Below are positions 52,064-64,000 of a stretch of 64,000 nt of DNA, piece after piece. The notes beneath the pieces are model-generated. The model had not been told where the DNA came from. It did not search any database and saw nothing but the letters and a program-made list of their open reading frames with translations. Location of the stretch: positions 672,001-736,000 of the forward strand of contig CAWBAT010000005.1 of assembly GCA_963786955.1 (NCBI GenBank), written 5' to 3'. The translations under genes were made by a program, and so were the position numbers. Source of the stretch: an uncultured Acidimicrobiia bacterium (GTDB taxonomy: Bacteria; Acidobacteriota; Terriglobia; Versatilivoradales; Versatilivoraceae). Numbering within the stretch: the stretch's first letter is position 1; each line of letters begins with the position of its first letter.

Positions 52064-53329
52064 ATGGAGCTAAACGAACCGCAGGTCGAAACGAATCCCT
52101 ATGAGGCAATGCTCAGCCGTTTTCGCGTCGCTGCAGAGAAGCTAAATCTTGACGAAGGAATTTATCAAATTCTCGTGACTCCGGACCGCGAGATCACGAT
52201 CGCCATCCCGATTCAAATGGATAATGGCAAACTGAGAGTATTTAAGGGTTATCGGGTTCAACACAGTTTTGCCAGAGGGCCAGCCAAGGGCGGCATACGC
52301 TATGCACCCGATGTTACCCTGGACGAGGTTCGGGCTCTGGCGGCTTGGATGACCTGGAAATGCGCCGTCGTAAAACTTCCGTTTGGTGGAGCCAAGGGCG
52401 GCATCATTTGCGACCCCAAGCAACTTTCCTCGAGTGAACTCGAAAGGATCACCCGACGCTACACGGCTTCGCTGATTGACATTTTAGGGCCGGAAAGAGA
52501 CGTTCCGGCACCGGACATCAACACCGATGAGCGCGTGATGGCCTGGATCATGGACACTTATTCCATGCATGTCCGCAAGACCGTAACCGGAGTGGTCACA
52601 GGAAAGCCGCTCGATTTAGGTGGGTCGGTGGGTCGGCGCGAGGCAACGGGTCGAGGCTGTAAGATTGTCTGCGATCGCGCCCTTTCTCGATTCGGCATGA
52701 AGAGGGAAATGACGCGGGTGATTGTTCAGGGATTTGGTAATGTCGGTTCCATGGCAGCCACTCTTCTTTACGCTGCCGGATACAACATCATCGGAGTCTC
52801 CGATGCGCAGGGTGCAATCATGAATAGCCTGGGAATCAACATTACCCGTTTATTGGCCCATTCCAAAGAAGCCAGGACAGTGGTGGGATTCCCTGACGCT
52901 GAACCGATCGATGGAAAGGAACTATTGGAGCAACCCTGCGATATTTTGCTCCCTGCCGCCACGGAAAATCAAATCACGAGCCACAACGCCGACCGGATTC
53001 AGGCCAAGATCATCTGTGAAGGGGCCAATGGTCCAACCACGGCCCAAGCTGACGATATCCTTTTTGACAAGAAGATTTTTATCATTCCGGATATCCTGGC
53101 TAACGCTGGAGGAGTCACGGTCTCATACTTTGAATGGGTCCAGGACCGGCAGGGATATTTCTGGAATCTAAAGACTGTCAACGAACGCCTTGAAGAGATT
53201 ATGGTCAACAGCTTTGACGAAGTAGTCGCCTACGCAGACCGCCATAATGTGAATATGCGGATTGCCGCCTATATGCTGGCAATCGATCGCGTCGCCTTTA
53301 CGATTCGAGAACGGGGGATCTATGCTTGA
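52064..53329 (+). CDS. gdhA: Glutamate dehydrogenase
   Basis: [39 protein letters not shown]. Confidence 0.95.
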   Translation: MELNEPQVETNPYEAMLSRFRVAAEKLNLDEGIYQILVTPDREITIAIPIQMDNGKLRVFKGYRVQHSFARGPAKGGIRYAPDVTLDEVRALAAWMTWKCAVVKLPFGGAKGGIICDPKQLSSSELERITRRYTASLIDILGPERDVPAPDINTDERVMAWIMDTYSMHVRKTVTGVVTGKPLDLGGSVGRREATGRGCKIVCDRALSRFGMKREMTRVIVQGFGNVGSMAATLLYAAGYNIIGVSDAQGAIMNSLGINITRLLAHSKEARTVVGFPDAEPIDGKELLEQPCDILLPAATENQITSHNADRIQAKIICEGANGPTTAQADDILFDKKIFIIPDILANAGGVTVSYFEWVQDRQGYFWNLKTVNERLEEIMVNSFDEVVAYADRHNVNMRIAAYMLAIDRVAFTIRERGIYA

Positions 53330-54599
53330 TCTTTCCTTCATTCGGCAAAACCTGGATCAGGTCCGTCAAAAAATGCAGGATCGTGGCATGCCCATGGCCC
53401 TCGATGAGTTTGAGGCTCTCGATCTCGAACGGCGCCGGTTGATCCAGGAGAGTGAATCCCTGAAACATCTGCGCAATAAGACCAATGATGAAATTACTTC
53501 TTTAAAGAAACAACAGCAGGATGCTTCGTCCAAAATAGCGGAGATGAGGGAGGTATCGGCAAAAATCAAATTGCTGGATGAAGCGTCCGGTACCTGCGAC
53601 GACAAGTTGCGCGCACTGCAACTGGTCATCCCAAACATTCCACATCCTACAGTTCCTATAGGAATGGAAGCCTCGGCCAATTTCGAAGTCCGCCTCGTGG
53701 GCAAGAAAACAACCTTCCCTTTTGAGCCTAAACCTCATTGGGAGCTGGGGCCTGCTCTGGGAATCCTCGATTTCGATCGTGCCGCTAAAATTGCCGGAGC
53801 ACGATTCAGCCTGTACACAGGCCTAGGTGCTCGAATGGAAAGAGCGCTGATTAATTTTATGCTAGATCTCCATACCAAGGAACATCATTACACGGAGGTG
53901 CTCCCACCCTTGATGGTGAATTCCTCCAGCATGCAAGGCACCGGTCAACTCCCAAAATTTGCGGGAGATCTTTTTAAGGTCGAGGGCACCGATTACTGGC
54001 TCATCCCGACGGCTGAGGTCCCTGTGACCAACATCTATGCAGGTGAAATCATCGATGGCGCGCGTCTCCCTATTTACATGACCGCTTATACACCTTGCTT
54101 CCGCAGCGAGGCGGGATCTTACGGGAAAGACACGCGAGGGTTAATCCGCCAGCATCAGTTTAATAAAGTCGAATTAGTCAAGTTGACCAGACCGGAGACT
54201 TCTTATGAGGAATTAGAGAAGCTCACCCATAATGCCGAAGAAGTACTCAAACGACTCGACTTGCCCTATCGCGTCGTCTCACTTTGTAGCGGAGATCTCG
54301 GTTTCTCTTCCGCAAAGACGTATGATCTTGAGGTCTGGCTTCCCGGACAAAATGCCTATCGTGAAATCTCTTCCTGCAGTAACTTTGAAAGCTTTCAGGC
54401 CCGCCGAGCGAATATCCGGTATCGCCCGGATTCTAAATCCAAGGTCGATTTTGTCCACACCCTTAATGGTTCAGGGCTGGCGGTTGGACGGACCTGGGTT
54501 GCGATCCTCGAGAATTACCAGCAAGCCGATGGCAGCATCGAGATCCCTCGGGCTCTCCGCCCTTATATGGACGGGGTCGAGAAAATTACCCAACAATAA
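53322..54599 (+). CDS. serS: Serine-tRNA ligase
   Basis: [30 protein letters not shown]. Confidence 0.98.
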   Translation: MLDLSFIRQNLDQVRQKMQDRGMPMALDEFEALDLERRRLIQESESLKHLRNKTNDEITSLKKQQQDASSKIAEMREVSAKIKLLDEASGTCDDKLRALQLVIPNIPHPTVPIGMEASANFEVRLVGKKTTFPFEPKPHWELGPALGILDFDRAAKIAGARFSLYTGLGARMERALINFMLDLHTKEHHYTEVLPPLMVNSSSMQGTGQLPKFAGDLFKVEGTDYWLIPTAEVPVTNIYAGEIIDGARLPIYMTAYTPCFRSEAGSYGKDTRGLIRQHQFNKVELVKLTRPETSYEELEKLTHNAEEVLKRLDLPYRVVSLCSGDLGFSSAKTYDLEVWLPGQNAYREISSCSNFESFQARRANIRYRPDSKSKVDFVHTLNGSGLAVGRTWVAILENYQQADGSIEIPRALRPYMDGVEKITQQ

Positions 54600-54618
54600 A
54601 ACCCTGGCTGGAAGATTA

Positions 54619-54762
54619 ACCACGGGGGACACGGGGAGTTACGACCAATTTGATATTGCCTATTTTCGATTTGTTATTTGCTATTGGACGAAGGAACCCT
54701 CCTGGACTCAATAGCAAATAGTCGGTAGCCAATAACAAATAGCTTATCATTATCCCCGTGGT
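54619..54762. repeat. Intergenic imperfect inverted repeat with heptamer-like units
   Basis: accacgggg..atttgttatttgctattgg / caatagcaaata..ccaataacaaat..ccccgtggt between convergent genes. Confidence 0.5.
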
Positions 54763-54795
54763 ATAAATCGGCTTGCGGCTTTCCAGAAGCTATTC

Positions 54796-55307
54796 CTACT
54801 TCACGATCAGCAGGCTCTCCCCTGCATTCACTGGTTGATTCTCCTCGACCAGGATTTTCTCCACCACGCCCTGATTTCGGAGCCTTCAGTTCATTTTGCA
54901 TCTTCATGGCTTCGACAACAACCACTCCCTGCCCTTCCTGAACTGCTGTGCCTACCTGAACCAAAAGCTTCACCACCTTCCCCGGCATCGGAGTAGAAAC
55001 GGACATGGGTCCGGCAGAGTCTTCTGCGGAACCTGAACCCTTTCGAAGTCTTTTCGGGTCGCGGAGAACCACTTCAAACGGCTTGCCATTAACCAGAACC
55101 TGGCAAGTGTCGTTGAGCATCATGGACCAAGATGTCAAAGGATTGCCCATCGATGAGCAGAGAATAACAATGATTCGAATAACAGATGGGGTCCAGGCTA
55201 ATTTGCCGATCACCGATAAAGACAATGCTGGAATTCCCATTCCACTCAAATCGGAGCATTTCGGTGTTCTTGGAAATGACCACCTCAAAGGAAAATTTCT
55301 TCTTCAC
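54796..55307 (-). CDS. Biotin carboxyl carrier protein (frameshifted)
   Basis: TPMPGKVV, VEAMKMQNE biotinylation motif. Confidence 0.9.
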
Positions 55308-56809
55308 GATCTCTTTCTCATAGCCTCTAACCTCCCCGATAGCTTCCAGGGACTTTCTGGATCACCCCCAGGAGGGGTGGCCTCATTCCCTATAATTCCT
55401 TTGTGAAGCGAGGCACCGATGGCCGCGATTTCCTGTAGGGGGCCAGGCTGACTCACATGAATCGGGTAGGGTTGGAAGTAACGCCCAATGAAATCGGTGC
55501 TCAATTCACCCGTAATAAATTTCTCGTGAGTCAGGATAGACTCCAAGAAATGAAGATTGGTTTTTATCCCTAAGACTTGATATTCCCGCAGTGCTCTGCG
55601 CATCCGCGCAATGGCTTCGTTGCGATCATTCCCAAAAGTAATCAGTTTGGATAGCAAGGGATCATAGTAAACAGGGACTGTCCATCCTTCGTATATCCCG
55701 CTGTCGTCTCTAACCCCCGGGCCTGCGGGGGTTCGTAGAAAGCTGATCCTTCCAGGAGAAGGGAAAAACTGATTCTCCGGGTCCTCTGCACAAATACGGC
55801 ACTCCAGCGCCGCGCCGCGCCAGCGGACATCCTCTTGACGCAGCTCAAGCCGATCTCCCCATGCCATCTTAAACTGTTCTTTGACTAAATCGATCCCCGC
55901 CACCAGCTCGGTAACCGGGTGCTCTACTTGCAATCGAGTATTCATCTCCAGAAAGTAAAACTTCCGCTGCGCATCCACTAAAAACTCGATCGTGCCGGCG
56001 TTTTCGTATCCACAGGAATGCGCTATCCTGACCGCTGCCTCCCCCATCTGCTGGCGTAATTCATTGGTCATGAGTGGAGAGGGACATTCTTCAATGACCT
56101 TCTGATGCCGCCTTTGGATGGAGCATTCCCTTTCGCCCAGATGAATCACGTTTCCAAAACGATCTGCGAGTATTTGGAATTCAATGTGTCGGGGGCGCTC
56201 GAGATATTTTTCGATATACACAGCCGAATCGCCGAAAGCTGCCAGTGCTTCCGACTGTGCGTCACGCCATGCCGAAGCTAGGTCTTGAAGGCCTTCGACC
56301 AATCTCATCCCCTTTCCTCCGCCGCCAGCCGCCGCCTTGATCAATATTGGAAATCCAATACGGACTGCTGCTGCTTGGGCTTCCTGAACATCCCGGACCG
56401 GTTTTTCTGTTCCCGGGACAACGGGCACACCCACTCCGACCGCTGTTTTGCGGGCAGCTATTTTTTCTCCCATCATCTCCATCGAACGAGCACTGGGGCC
56501 GACAAAACAAATTCCCGCTTCATGACAACGTCGGGCAAATTCCGCATTCTCAGCCAAGAATCCATAACCGGGATGAATGGCATCCACTCCAGCAGAGCCG
56601 GCAATCCGGAGAATCTTATCCATCGCGAGATAACTCTCGCGAGATGGCGAGGGACCCAAAAGATAAGCTTCGTCGGCCATTCGCACATGGAGCGCTGCCC
56701 GGTCACATTCTGAATAGACCGCCACTGTGGATAAACCCAGCTCACGCGCCGCACGAATCACACGGACAGCGATTTCACCTCGATTGGCAATCAGGACTTT
56801 TCGAAACAT
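55304..56809 (-). CDS. accC: Biotin carboxylase subunit of acetyl/propionyl-CoA carboxylase
   Basis: IANRGEIA, HPGYGFLAEN, GGGGKGMR, EMNTRLQVEH. Confidence 0.93.
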   Translation of the reverse strand: MFRKVLIANRGEIAVRVIRAARELGLSTVAVYSECDRAALHVRMADEAYLLGPSPSRESYLAMDKILRIAGSAGVDAIHPGYGFLAENAEFARRCHEAGICFVGPSARSMEMMGEKIAARKTAVGVGVPVVPGTEKPVRDVQEAQAAAVRIGFPILIKAAAGGGGKGMRLVEGLQDLASAWRDAQSEALAAFGDSAVYIEKYLERPRHIEFQILADRFGNVIHLGERECSIQRRHQKVIEECPSPLMTNELRQQMGEAAVRIAHSCGYENAGTIEFLVDAQRKFYFLEMNTRLQVEHPVTELVAGIDLVKEQFKMAWGDRLELRQEDVRWRGAALECRICAEDPENQFFPSPGRISFLRTPAGPGVRDDSGIYEGWTVPVYYDPLLSKLITFGNDRNEAIARMRRALREYQVLGIKTNLHFLESILTHEKFITGELSTDFIGRYFQPYPIHVSQPGPLQEIAAIGASLHKGIIGNEATPPGGDPESPWKLSGRLEAMRKRS

Positions 56810-56833
56810 GTTCAGAGATTGTGAATGAACTGC

Positions 56834-57826
56834 TCAATCACCCTTTTGAGAGAATCCGCTACCGGGTAAGTTTTTCAGGAACTCGCTCTCCAGTTGGGCA
56901 ACTCGCAGATTGGTGTTGTCCAGACTGAGAAAAAATTTCATATAAGCCACATCATACTGTGGAAATGAATTTTTCAGATAAATGTGGTCCGCGTAAAACG
57001 CGGCGTTTTCATAAACCACAGCGTCGCGGAAATCAGGCTTTGAGCCGGTCTGGGCATCCACAAGATTGTCTGTTAAGCGATGGGTTGTCTCATGCAAGAC
57101 GACGAAGAAAGACTGCTCAACCTGTGATGAGTTTTCGGGAAGTGGGGCCACGATGTTAAAAAGGACGCGCTGCTCCTGATTGATAGGCACTCCTCTTCCA
57201 TTTCGCCTGATCACGGGACAAAGATAGATATTAAACACATTGACATCCGATTTTTGAGCCCAAGGATAGATCATTTTCAAGCCATCGGCTTTCCAGAATT
57301 TCAAAAATCTTTCGTACCCCTGTTGATCGAGTTCCGTTCGGACCTCCCGATAATTTTTATAGAATTGGGTCCGTTCATCATCCATACATTCTGCAAATTG
57401 CTTGAGAAATTGGCGTTCGGCAGGGACTGGAAATCGATTTTTCAACAACGGGATAAGTCGGCGACTATTTCCAAAAAGAATAGGCGTGTTACCGCTCTTG
57501 GCTTTCCGTTCTTCGGGAGACTCACGGATATCCTCGTCGGTCTGAGATCGGAAGTTAAAGTCAATGGAGGAAAGTGCTTGTTTGAGGGAGGCGTAGTCAT
57601 CCGCCATGAATGGCGCTAGATTGAGAAAACGCAAGCTAGGCATCTCCCGATACATTTTTCCCAATTGCGGGGAAAACTGATCAAGCTTGGATTCAGGGGT
57701 CTCAAGATTTTGCTTTGCTTTGTTGATCTGTTGAATATAGTCGGAGGAGAAAAGATTGGATGGGTCTCCCGGAACTGAGAAATAAGCCAGCGTATGATAG
57801 ACAATATCGATGTCCGGGTTCATCAA
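56834..57826 (-). CDS. Hypothetical protein with HExxH motif (true start probably upstream; ends may be frameshifted)
   Basis: 330-aa ORF, VLHETTH. Confidence 0.55.
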   Translation of the reverse strand: MMNPDIDIVYHTLAYFSVPGDPSNLFSSDYIQQINKAKQNLETPESKLDQFSPQLGKMYREMPSLRFLNLAPFMADDYASLKQALSSIDFNFRSQTDEDIRESPEERKAKSGNTPILFGNSRRLIPLLKNRFPVPAERQFLKQFAECMDDERTQFYKNYREVRTELDQQGYERFLKFWKADGLKMIYPWAQKSDVNVFNIYLCPVIRRNGRGVPINQEQRVLFNIVAPLPENSSQVEQSFFVVLHETTHRLTDNLVDAQTGSKPDFRDAVVYENAAFYADHIYLKNSFPQYDVAYMKFFLSLDNTNLRVAQLESEFLKNLPGSGFSQKGD

Positions 57827-58325
57827 AATCTGAATGTCACGCGGGTCAAAAGCCCGGGTAGAGGACTGATCAAAGAAAAGTGTTGCCGCTAAAGAATCGA
57901 GGCCGCAGACTCAAAAGGGAGGTTCTTTCGGGACTTTCCAACGGAGAGTCTACACTGGTAAAGCAACCAGCCTTCGATTCGGCAAGACACTCGGTCATGA
58001 TCGCACGGCGAGAATGCCAGCCGGGTAAGCGCAAGTGGGCCACCTCGGTAAGCGGAAAGGTCCGTGAAGTCATTTGCAGACTGTGTGTTCTATGCGCACG
58101 CAAAATCAGAATAGATGACCTCATTTCACAACTTTGCTTGAGACACGCAAGTGAAAGTGAGGACCAGGCAGGGAAAACAATCCGAGATCCGGTCAGTTCA
58201 GGCATCCAAATACCGGAGGCCATGAGAAGTCGGAGCACAAGAAAGGATCTACAAGTACTCGATCTGCCTACTGAGAACCGCAAGTATACGTCGATGAATA
58301 GCCATCTGACTCGGGACCTTTCCGA

Positions 58326-59904
58326 CTACAGTGGAATGTTTCCATGCTTTTTACGGGGGGTATGATCGCGCTTGTTATCCAGCATTTGTAACGCAGTAAT
58401 CAATTTCTTCCGAGTCTCACGCGGCATAATCACCTCATCGACGTACCCTCTTTCCGCAGCCAGGTAGGGATTCGCAAAGCGTTCCCGGAAATCCTGTACC
58501 CGCCGCTGCTTTTCCTCTTCTGGATTCTCGGCAGAAGCCAGTTCCTTGCGATAGACAATGCTGACAGCCCCTTCCGGTCCCATCACGGCAATTTCAGCTG
58601 TCGGGTAGGCATAATTGATGTCGGTACGAATTTGTTTGGAGGCCATGACGCAATAAGCGCCTCCATAGGATTTCCGCGTGATCAGCGTAATTTTCGGCAC
58701 CGTGGCCTCTGCATAAGCGTAGAGCAGCTTTGCTCCATGCCGGATAATCCCTCCAAATTCTTGGGCAGTCCCGGGCAGAAATCCGGGTACATCTTCAAAA
58801 GTAATGAGGGGAATATTGAAGGCATCGCAAAAACGAACGAATCGGGCACCTTTTACGGACGCGTCAATGTCCAGACACCCTGCCAGAAAGGCTGGCTGGT
58901 TTGCAACGATACCCACGGGCCTCCCGGCGAGCCTGGCAAAACCAATGACGATGTTTTGAGCAAAGTGAGATTGAATTTCAAGAAATTCATGATCGTCCGT
59001 GACTACCGAGATAATTTCTTTAATGTCATAGGGTTTATGAGCCTCCGGTGGAATCAGGTGATCCAGTTCCGGGTTCAGACGATCAACAGGATCCCGAGAT
59101 TCCCGCCGTGGAGGTGACTCGAGATTATTCGAAGGGAGATAGGATAACAATTCGCGGATGAGACTCAGGCACTCCCGGTCATCATTCGCGGCAAAATGAG
59201 CGACCCCACTCTGCCGATTGTGGGTCATGGCGCCACCCAACTCTTCTTTACTCACCTCTTCATGGGTCACCGTTTTGAGGACATCAGGCCCCGTTATGAA
59301 CATGTAGCTACTCTTCTTCACCATGACGATGAAGTCAGTGATCGCAGGGAGAGTAAACGGCCCCTCCGGCACAAGGCCCCATAATTGCGGAGATCTGGGG
59401 AATGACTCCGGAAGCCAGTGTGTTTTGCAGAAAAATATCGGCATAACCAGCCAGTGAGACAACGCCCTCTTGAATGCGAGCGCCGCCCGAATCATTAAGC
59501 CCGATGACCGGGGCCCCCAGCTTCAAAGCCAGCTCCATCACCTTGCAGATCTTGGCGGCGTTAGTTTCCGATAAGGAGCCTCCAAAGACCGTAAAATCCT
59601 GGGCAAATATGGTTACCAGACGGCCCTCGATTCTTCCATAGCCCGAGATCACACCGTCTCCCAAGACCTTCTGATCTTCCATCCCAAAGTCCTGGCATCG
59701 ATGAGTCACGAACTTGTCTAGCTCCTGAAAAGAATCTTCATCGAGCAAGAATTCAATGCGTTCTCGTGCAGTCATTTTTCCGGCCGCGCGTTGTCGCTGT
59801 AAACGTTCTTTTCCACCACCTGCCTCGGCTTCCTGGTTCAGCCGGTCTAAGCGTTCCAATACCAGATCTTCTTTTTGCCGCAGGCTTTCATCTTCTGAAT
59901 TCAT
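58326..59904 (-). CDS. pccB: Acyl-CoA carboxylase carboxyltransferase (beta) subunit (frameshift ~59350)
   Basis: [35 protein letters not shown]. Confidence 0.93.
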
Positions 59905-59927
59905 CGCCGCCCCTTTTTCCAAAGAAT

Positions 59928-61029
59928 TCACTCTACCTTTTCGCTCACTTCCTCAGAAGAATCACTGGCATTCCCCTTTTGGTCTATAGCTTTAATCCTA
60001 TAAAGGTAGGTCTGGCTTTTGACAACCGATGAATCAATCCATGATGCCGTTGTCACCAGCGAATCAGAGATCTTTTCAAACTTCTTTTCTGGCCCACTGC
60101 GGTAAACGACATAGCCAGCCAGATCCGGCTCCATATTCGGTGCCCAAACGAGGCTGATAGCTTCTCCATTGCTGATCGCCGCAATTTCCAGCGGGTGGCC
60201 TGGGTGGATAGACATCCTTATTCATGACCTCGACCGAATCGGAATCCAGAGACTCAATTCCGCCGACAGAGGGAGGAAGCTACCGCCCGTACCCGGTAAA
60301 AATAAGTTTTCCCGAATTCCATGGTCTCGTCTTTGAATGAGACTCCAGCCACGGGAGTGGAGTTCAGGCGCTGACCAGGTGAGAGCTTGTGGGTCCTCAC
60401 TGCGAAAGACATTGAACTGGACTCCCGCATCCGATGGGAGACCCATCGAGATTGGTCGAAGGAATCTCCCACAGGATTTCGACATACTTTTCATATTGGA
60501 GGCTTCTGAGATTCTGTGGCGGTTTCGGTGCTGGAAAAAGTTTGGTCAAAGTAATATTGGAAAATCCCGCATCTTGCCCTTTCTTGTTGAACGCCTTCAA
60601 AGCGTAAGCCAGAGTCGTTTGGGGAAACGTGGCCATTGGGATTCCAGCCAATGGATCGATGAGCGTGAGCTTGTCGCCGGGTTTATAGGCCTCGAGTTCG
60701 GATCCTCGCAGGACTCTCCAAGGCTGAACGGACTCCGGAAAAACCAGTTTACCTGAGCTGGATCGAGAAATCCCCTCCAAGGGAAGCCGATAGATTTCCA
60801 TACCGGTCAAGACCGGTGTCGTTGAGCCATCGGTATTAGTTTCTGGAAGTTTCCAACTCAGCTTAATGGTATTGCCGACTTGTAACGCCTGAAGGTCCGA
60901 CACCGGTTTGGGAATCTGGACTAAAGGCGGGAGAGGGTCTCCGACATTACCACAACCAGTCAATAGAAGTAGCAAGAGAAACAGTCCGGGCAGGGCGAAA
61001 TGTCGGCAGAGGAGATAATCCGGTTTCAC
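59928..61029 (-). CDS. Fibronectin type III-repeat lipoprotein (frameshifted)
   Basis: [15 protein letters not shown] lipobox; [22 protein letters not shown] Fn3 motifs. Confidence 0.75.
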
Positions 61030-62425
61030 AGGATGTAGCGGCTGAGGTCCTGGTCTTTGACAATTTCGGCAAGCATTTTTTGAACGTAGGCCGCATCAAT
61101 GGTCACATTTTTTTCTTTCAAATCAGGTCCTTCAAAAGAAATCTCTTCCAAGAGCTTTTCCATGATTGTATGGAGTCTTCGTGCGCCAATGTTTTCTGTA
61201 CTCTCGTTTACGAGTGCCGCGTATTTTGCGATTTCCATGATCGCATCGTCCGTAAACGCCATGGTGATTTCGTCCGCCGCCAGAAGTTCGATATATTGTT
61301 TAATCAGCGCATTCTTCGGTTCCTTAAGAATGCGCACAAAGTCATCGATCGTCAAGGATTCCAGCTCGACACGAATGGGGAAGCGCCCCTGCAGTTCGGG
61401 TATGAGGTCAGAAGGTTTACTCACGTGAAATGCCCCGGCAGCGATAAACAGGATGTGGTCGGTGCGAACCATCCCATAGCGGGTATTGACGGTTGTTCCC
61501 TCCACAATCGGCAGAATATCCCTCTGCACGCCCTCGCGACTGACATCCGGACCATGGCCGGACTCACGACCCGCAATTTTGTCGATTTCATCCAGGAAGA
61601 TGATTCCACTTTGTTCGACGCGATCCACGGCAACCCGGGTCACCTGATCCATATCGATGAGTTTCTGCTCTTCTTCCTGGACGAGATATTCAATGGCTTC
61701 AGAAACTTTCATTTTCCGCTTCTTGGTCTTCTGACCGAACAAGCCCGGCAGGATGTCTTTGACATTGATGTCCATTTCTTCAATGCCGGCATTGGAGATG
61801 ATCTCAAAGCTTGGAATGTTGCGTTCGCGCACTTCAATTTCAACCGACCGATCATCCAGTTTGCCTTCCCGCAGTTGCGCACGCAATTTCTCTCGGGTTT
61901 TTTGGAAAGTTTCCAGGGCTTTTTCTCCCTCCTCATTGGGGTCAGAGCCCTTCGGAACCGTGGGTAATGGGGGAAGCAGCAGATCCAACATCCTCTCCTC
62001 GGTATTCTGCTCTGCCTTTTCCGCGACATCTTCTAGTTTTTCCTCACGAACCATATCGATGGCAATTTCAATCAGGTCGCGAATCATGGATTCAACGTCT
62101 CGGCCCACATAACCGACTTCGGTAAACTTGGAGGCTTCCACTTTCAGAAAGGGCTGTTCGAAAGCTTGGAGAGACGGCGAGCAATTTCTGTTTTCCCGAC
62201 GCCAGTGGGTCCAATCATGATGATGTTCTTTGGCATCACTTCTTCCGCCATCTCATTGGAGAGCTTCTGGCGACGGATCCGGTTTCTGAGGGCCACAGCG
62301 ACTGCTCGCTTGGCAGCTTTTTGACCGACGACATGCTTGTCTAGCTCGGCCACGATCTGACGTGGTGTTAATTCATCCAAAGCAGTGTCCTCCTCTTCTG
62401 AGGCGCCCGGCAGGTATATGACCAT
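61026..62425 (-). CDS. hslU: ATP-dependent protease ATPase subunit (frameshift ~62150)
   Basis: [37 protein letters not shown]. Confidence 0.96.
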
Positions 62426-62475
62426 AGTTGTCTTTGAAATCTTCTCTCAGAAGCTGATGATTCAAGGCCGAATCT

Positions 62476-63003
62476 TTAAAGCTCCTCGACGGTAATGGAG
62501 AGATTCGTATAAATACAAATCTCGCCGGCAATAGTCATAGCCTCCGTAGCAATCTCTTTGGCAGAGAGATTCGAATGCTTTAACAAGGCTTTGGCCGCAG
62601 CCGCGGCGTAGGGACCACCGGAACCAACCGCCGCAATCCCATCGTCCGGCTCAATGAGATCCCCATTCCCGCTGAGCAGTAATGTTGTATCTTTGTCGGC
62701 AACGATGAGCAGGGCTTGCAAATGGCGTAGGGCTCTGTCTGTCCTCCAGTCCTTGGCAAGCTCCACGGCCGCCCGCGAAAGATTCCCCCGATATTCTTCC
62801 AGCTTGCCTTCGAATCGGGTAAAAAGCGCAAAAGCATCGGCGGTGGACCCGGCAAAACCCGCCAGAACTTGGCCGTTGTAGAGCCGCCGTGTCTTCCTGG
62901 CAGTCTGCTTGATTACAGTTTCCCCCAGTGTCACCTGCCCGTCGGCTGCCATGGTTACCTTCCCATCCTTACGAATACAAACGACCGTCGTGCTCTTGAT
63001 CAT
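62476..63003 (-). CDS. hslV: ATP-dependent protease peptidase subunit
   Basis: [25 protein letters not shown]. Confidence 0.97.
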   Translation of the reverse strand: MIKSTTVVCIRKDGKVTMAADGQVTLGETVIKQTARKTRRLYNGQVLAGFAGSTADAFALFTRFEGKLEEYRGNLSRAAVELAKDWRTDRALRHLQALLIVADKDTTLLLSGNGDLIEPDDGIAAVGSGGPYAAAAAKALLKHSNLSAKEIATEAMTIAGEICIYTNLSITVEEL

Positions 63004-63027
63004 CAGATCTCCATCCTGGGAGTGAAG

Positions 63028-63822
63028 TTATTTCTTGACGTATTCGGGCGTAAAGAGGGCGTCAGGAAGGGACATTTCAACTTGGATCGATTCAAGTTGA
63101 TATTCGGATGCTTTAAATCCATTCGAAAAACGGACCGTGCTATAGGGAATCTGTACTCCTTGCACTGCATGATAATTATAAAATATTCTTTCGTCGTCTG
63201 TCGGATCAAAAATCCCGACTGCCGGTGACCGAAATTCCATTTTGAATGGCAAAAACGTGGCCGTGTTCACGTAGATTTTGACCTTATCGTTATCTTTGTC
63301 GAGCAACTGGACCCCTTCAATCTCAGTATTATCGACGCGAGACTTTCCAATATAGCGAATTCTCATACCCGGTTCATTCAGGCGAAAACGAAGAATGTAG
63401 TCCAGATTGTGCATCAGATTGATTTTGAAGTTTTCGATCTCCTGCGGGGTTTGCACTTTGACAACTTTATAATCAATCTTCCATCCCTGATCCCCATCAT
63501 TGATTACTACCTCCTCCCCCTTTTTCCCCATCTCCAGCCGGGCCTTTCCGGGAAACTTTTGAAACAGCTGAAAGTGCGTGCTGCCTTTCAGTTGATCTTT
63601 CCTGAATTGGTAAAATCGACCCATGCGCTGGCTATCCTGCGTCTTGAGATAGGCCTCACCTCCCAGCGCCTGAATACTCTTCTCGAGGATCTCCCGGGCT
63701 CTTTTCTCGGACTCTTTCAGGTAATCGGACTGAGCCAGAAGGGGTCCTGAACATCCGGTCATTAAGGATGACAAAATAAAAAGGAGGACCCAATTCCTTC
63801 CACAGACTCCCCTGTTACTCAT
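63028..63822 (-). CDS. Hypothetical exported protein (LolA-like fold possible)
   Basis: Signal peptide, IQALGG, YHAVQGVQIP, LPDALF. Confidence 0.6.
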   Translation of the reverse strand: MSNRGVCGRNWVLLFILSSLMTGCSGPLLAQSDYLKESEKRAREILEKSIQALGGEAYLKTQDSQRMGRFYQFRKDQLKGSTHFQLFQKFPGKARLEMGKKGEEVVINDGDQGWKIDYKVVKVQTPQEIENFKINLMHNLDYILRFRLNEPGMRIRYIGKSRVDNTEIEGVQLLDKDNDKVKIYVNTATFLPFKMEFRSPAVGIFDPTDDERIFYNYHAVQGVQIPYSTVRFSNGFKASEYQLESIQVEMSLPDALFTPEYVKK

Positions 63823-64000
63823 CAGTGCACCACCCTACAAGGCAAACCTATACTCTATCCAATGGGATTGGTTCCGTCAAACGGGAATTGGGTTTTAAGA
63901 TTTTCCATTGAATCAAAGAGTTGAAATGAATGGCCAAGTTGAGAATTTTATCTTTTCAGCCAGGTAACCTTCGACAAACAGCCCAGCCAAGTTCAGACGC

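Noticed and set aside
57870-58365. ORFs 57870-58283 and 57880-58365 as genes
   Set aside because: Overlapping opposite-strand frames with atypical composition and no recognisable motifs.
141-62425. Numerous frameshifts (crotonase, acyl ligase, nuoD, suhB, pccB, hslU and others) as pseudogenisation or programmed frameshifting
   Set aside because: They are single-base indels, often in short homopolymers, scattered through conserved housekeeping genes; long-read consensus error is the simplest explanation.

Overview
Bacterial chromosomal window, probably from an Acidobacteriota member (inferred from the HslU N-terminus 'MVIYLPG' and the Rhs 'TQNNGQI' type). Many housekeeping genes carry single-base frameshifts that look like long-read consensus errors. 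In order: a lipid-modification operon (enoyl-CoA hydratase, ACP, AMP-ligase, DAGK-family kinase, acyltransferase); a GC-richer sulfatase islet with an IS1380 remnant; an aldehyde dehydrogenase and tRNA-Sec; gmd and rfbC; a partial complex I cluster (nuoA-DHH-nuoD-F-G-H-I); an ~8.2 kb accessory Rhs region (29.2-37.4 kb); then suhB, ogt, a suf operon with an Rrf2 regulator, lpxC, gdhA, serS, acyl-CoA carboxylase subunits and hslUV. The main finding is the Rhs region. It is an array of headless Rhs toxin/immunity cassettes, each preceded by a conserved ~215-bp non-coding leader. The leader opens with a REP-like hairpin (GGTGGCGAAGACATGCG-nnn-TTTGCATGTCTTCG) and ends at the same Rhs codon (A-T-Q/R-N/D-N-G-Q-I) in five places. 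The same hairpin also occurs as a stand-alone inverted pair and at cassette breakpoints. This suggests hairpin-associated capture or shuffling of toxin cassettes, but no enzyme for it is encoded in this window.
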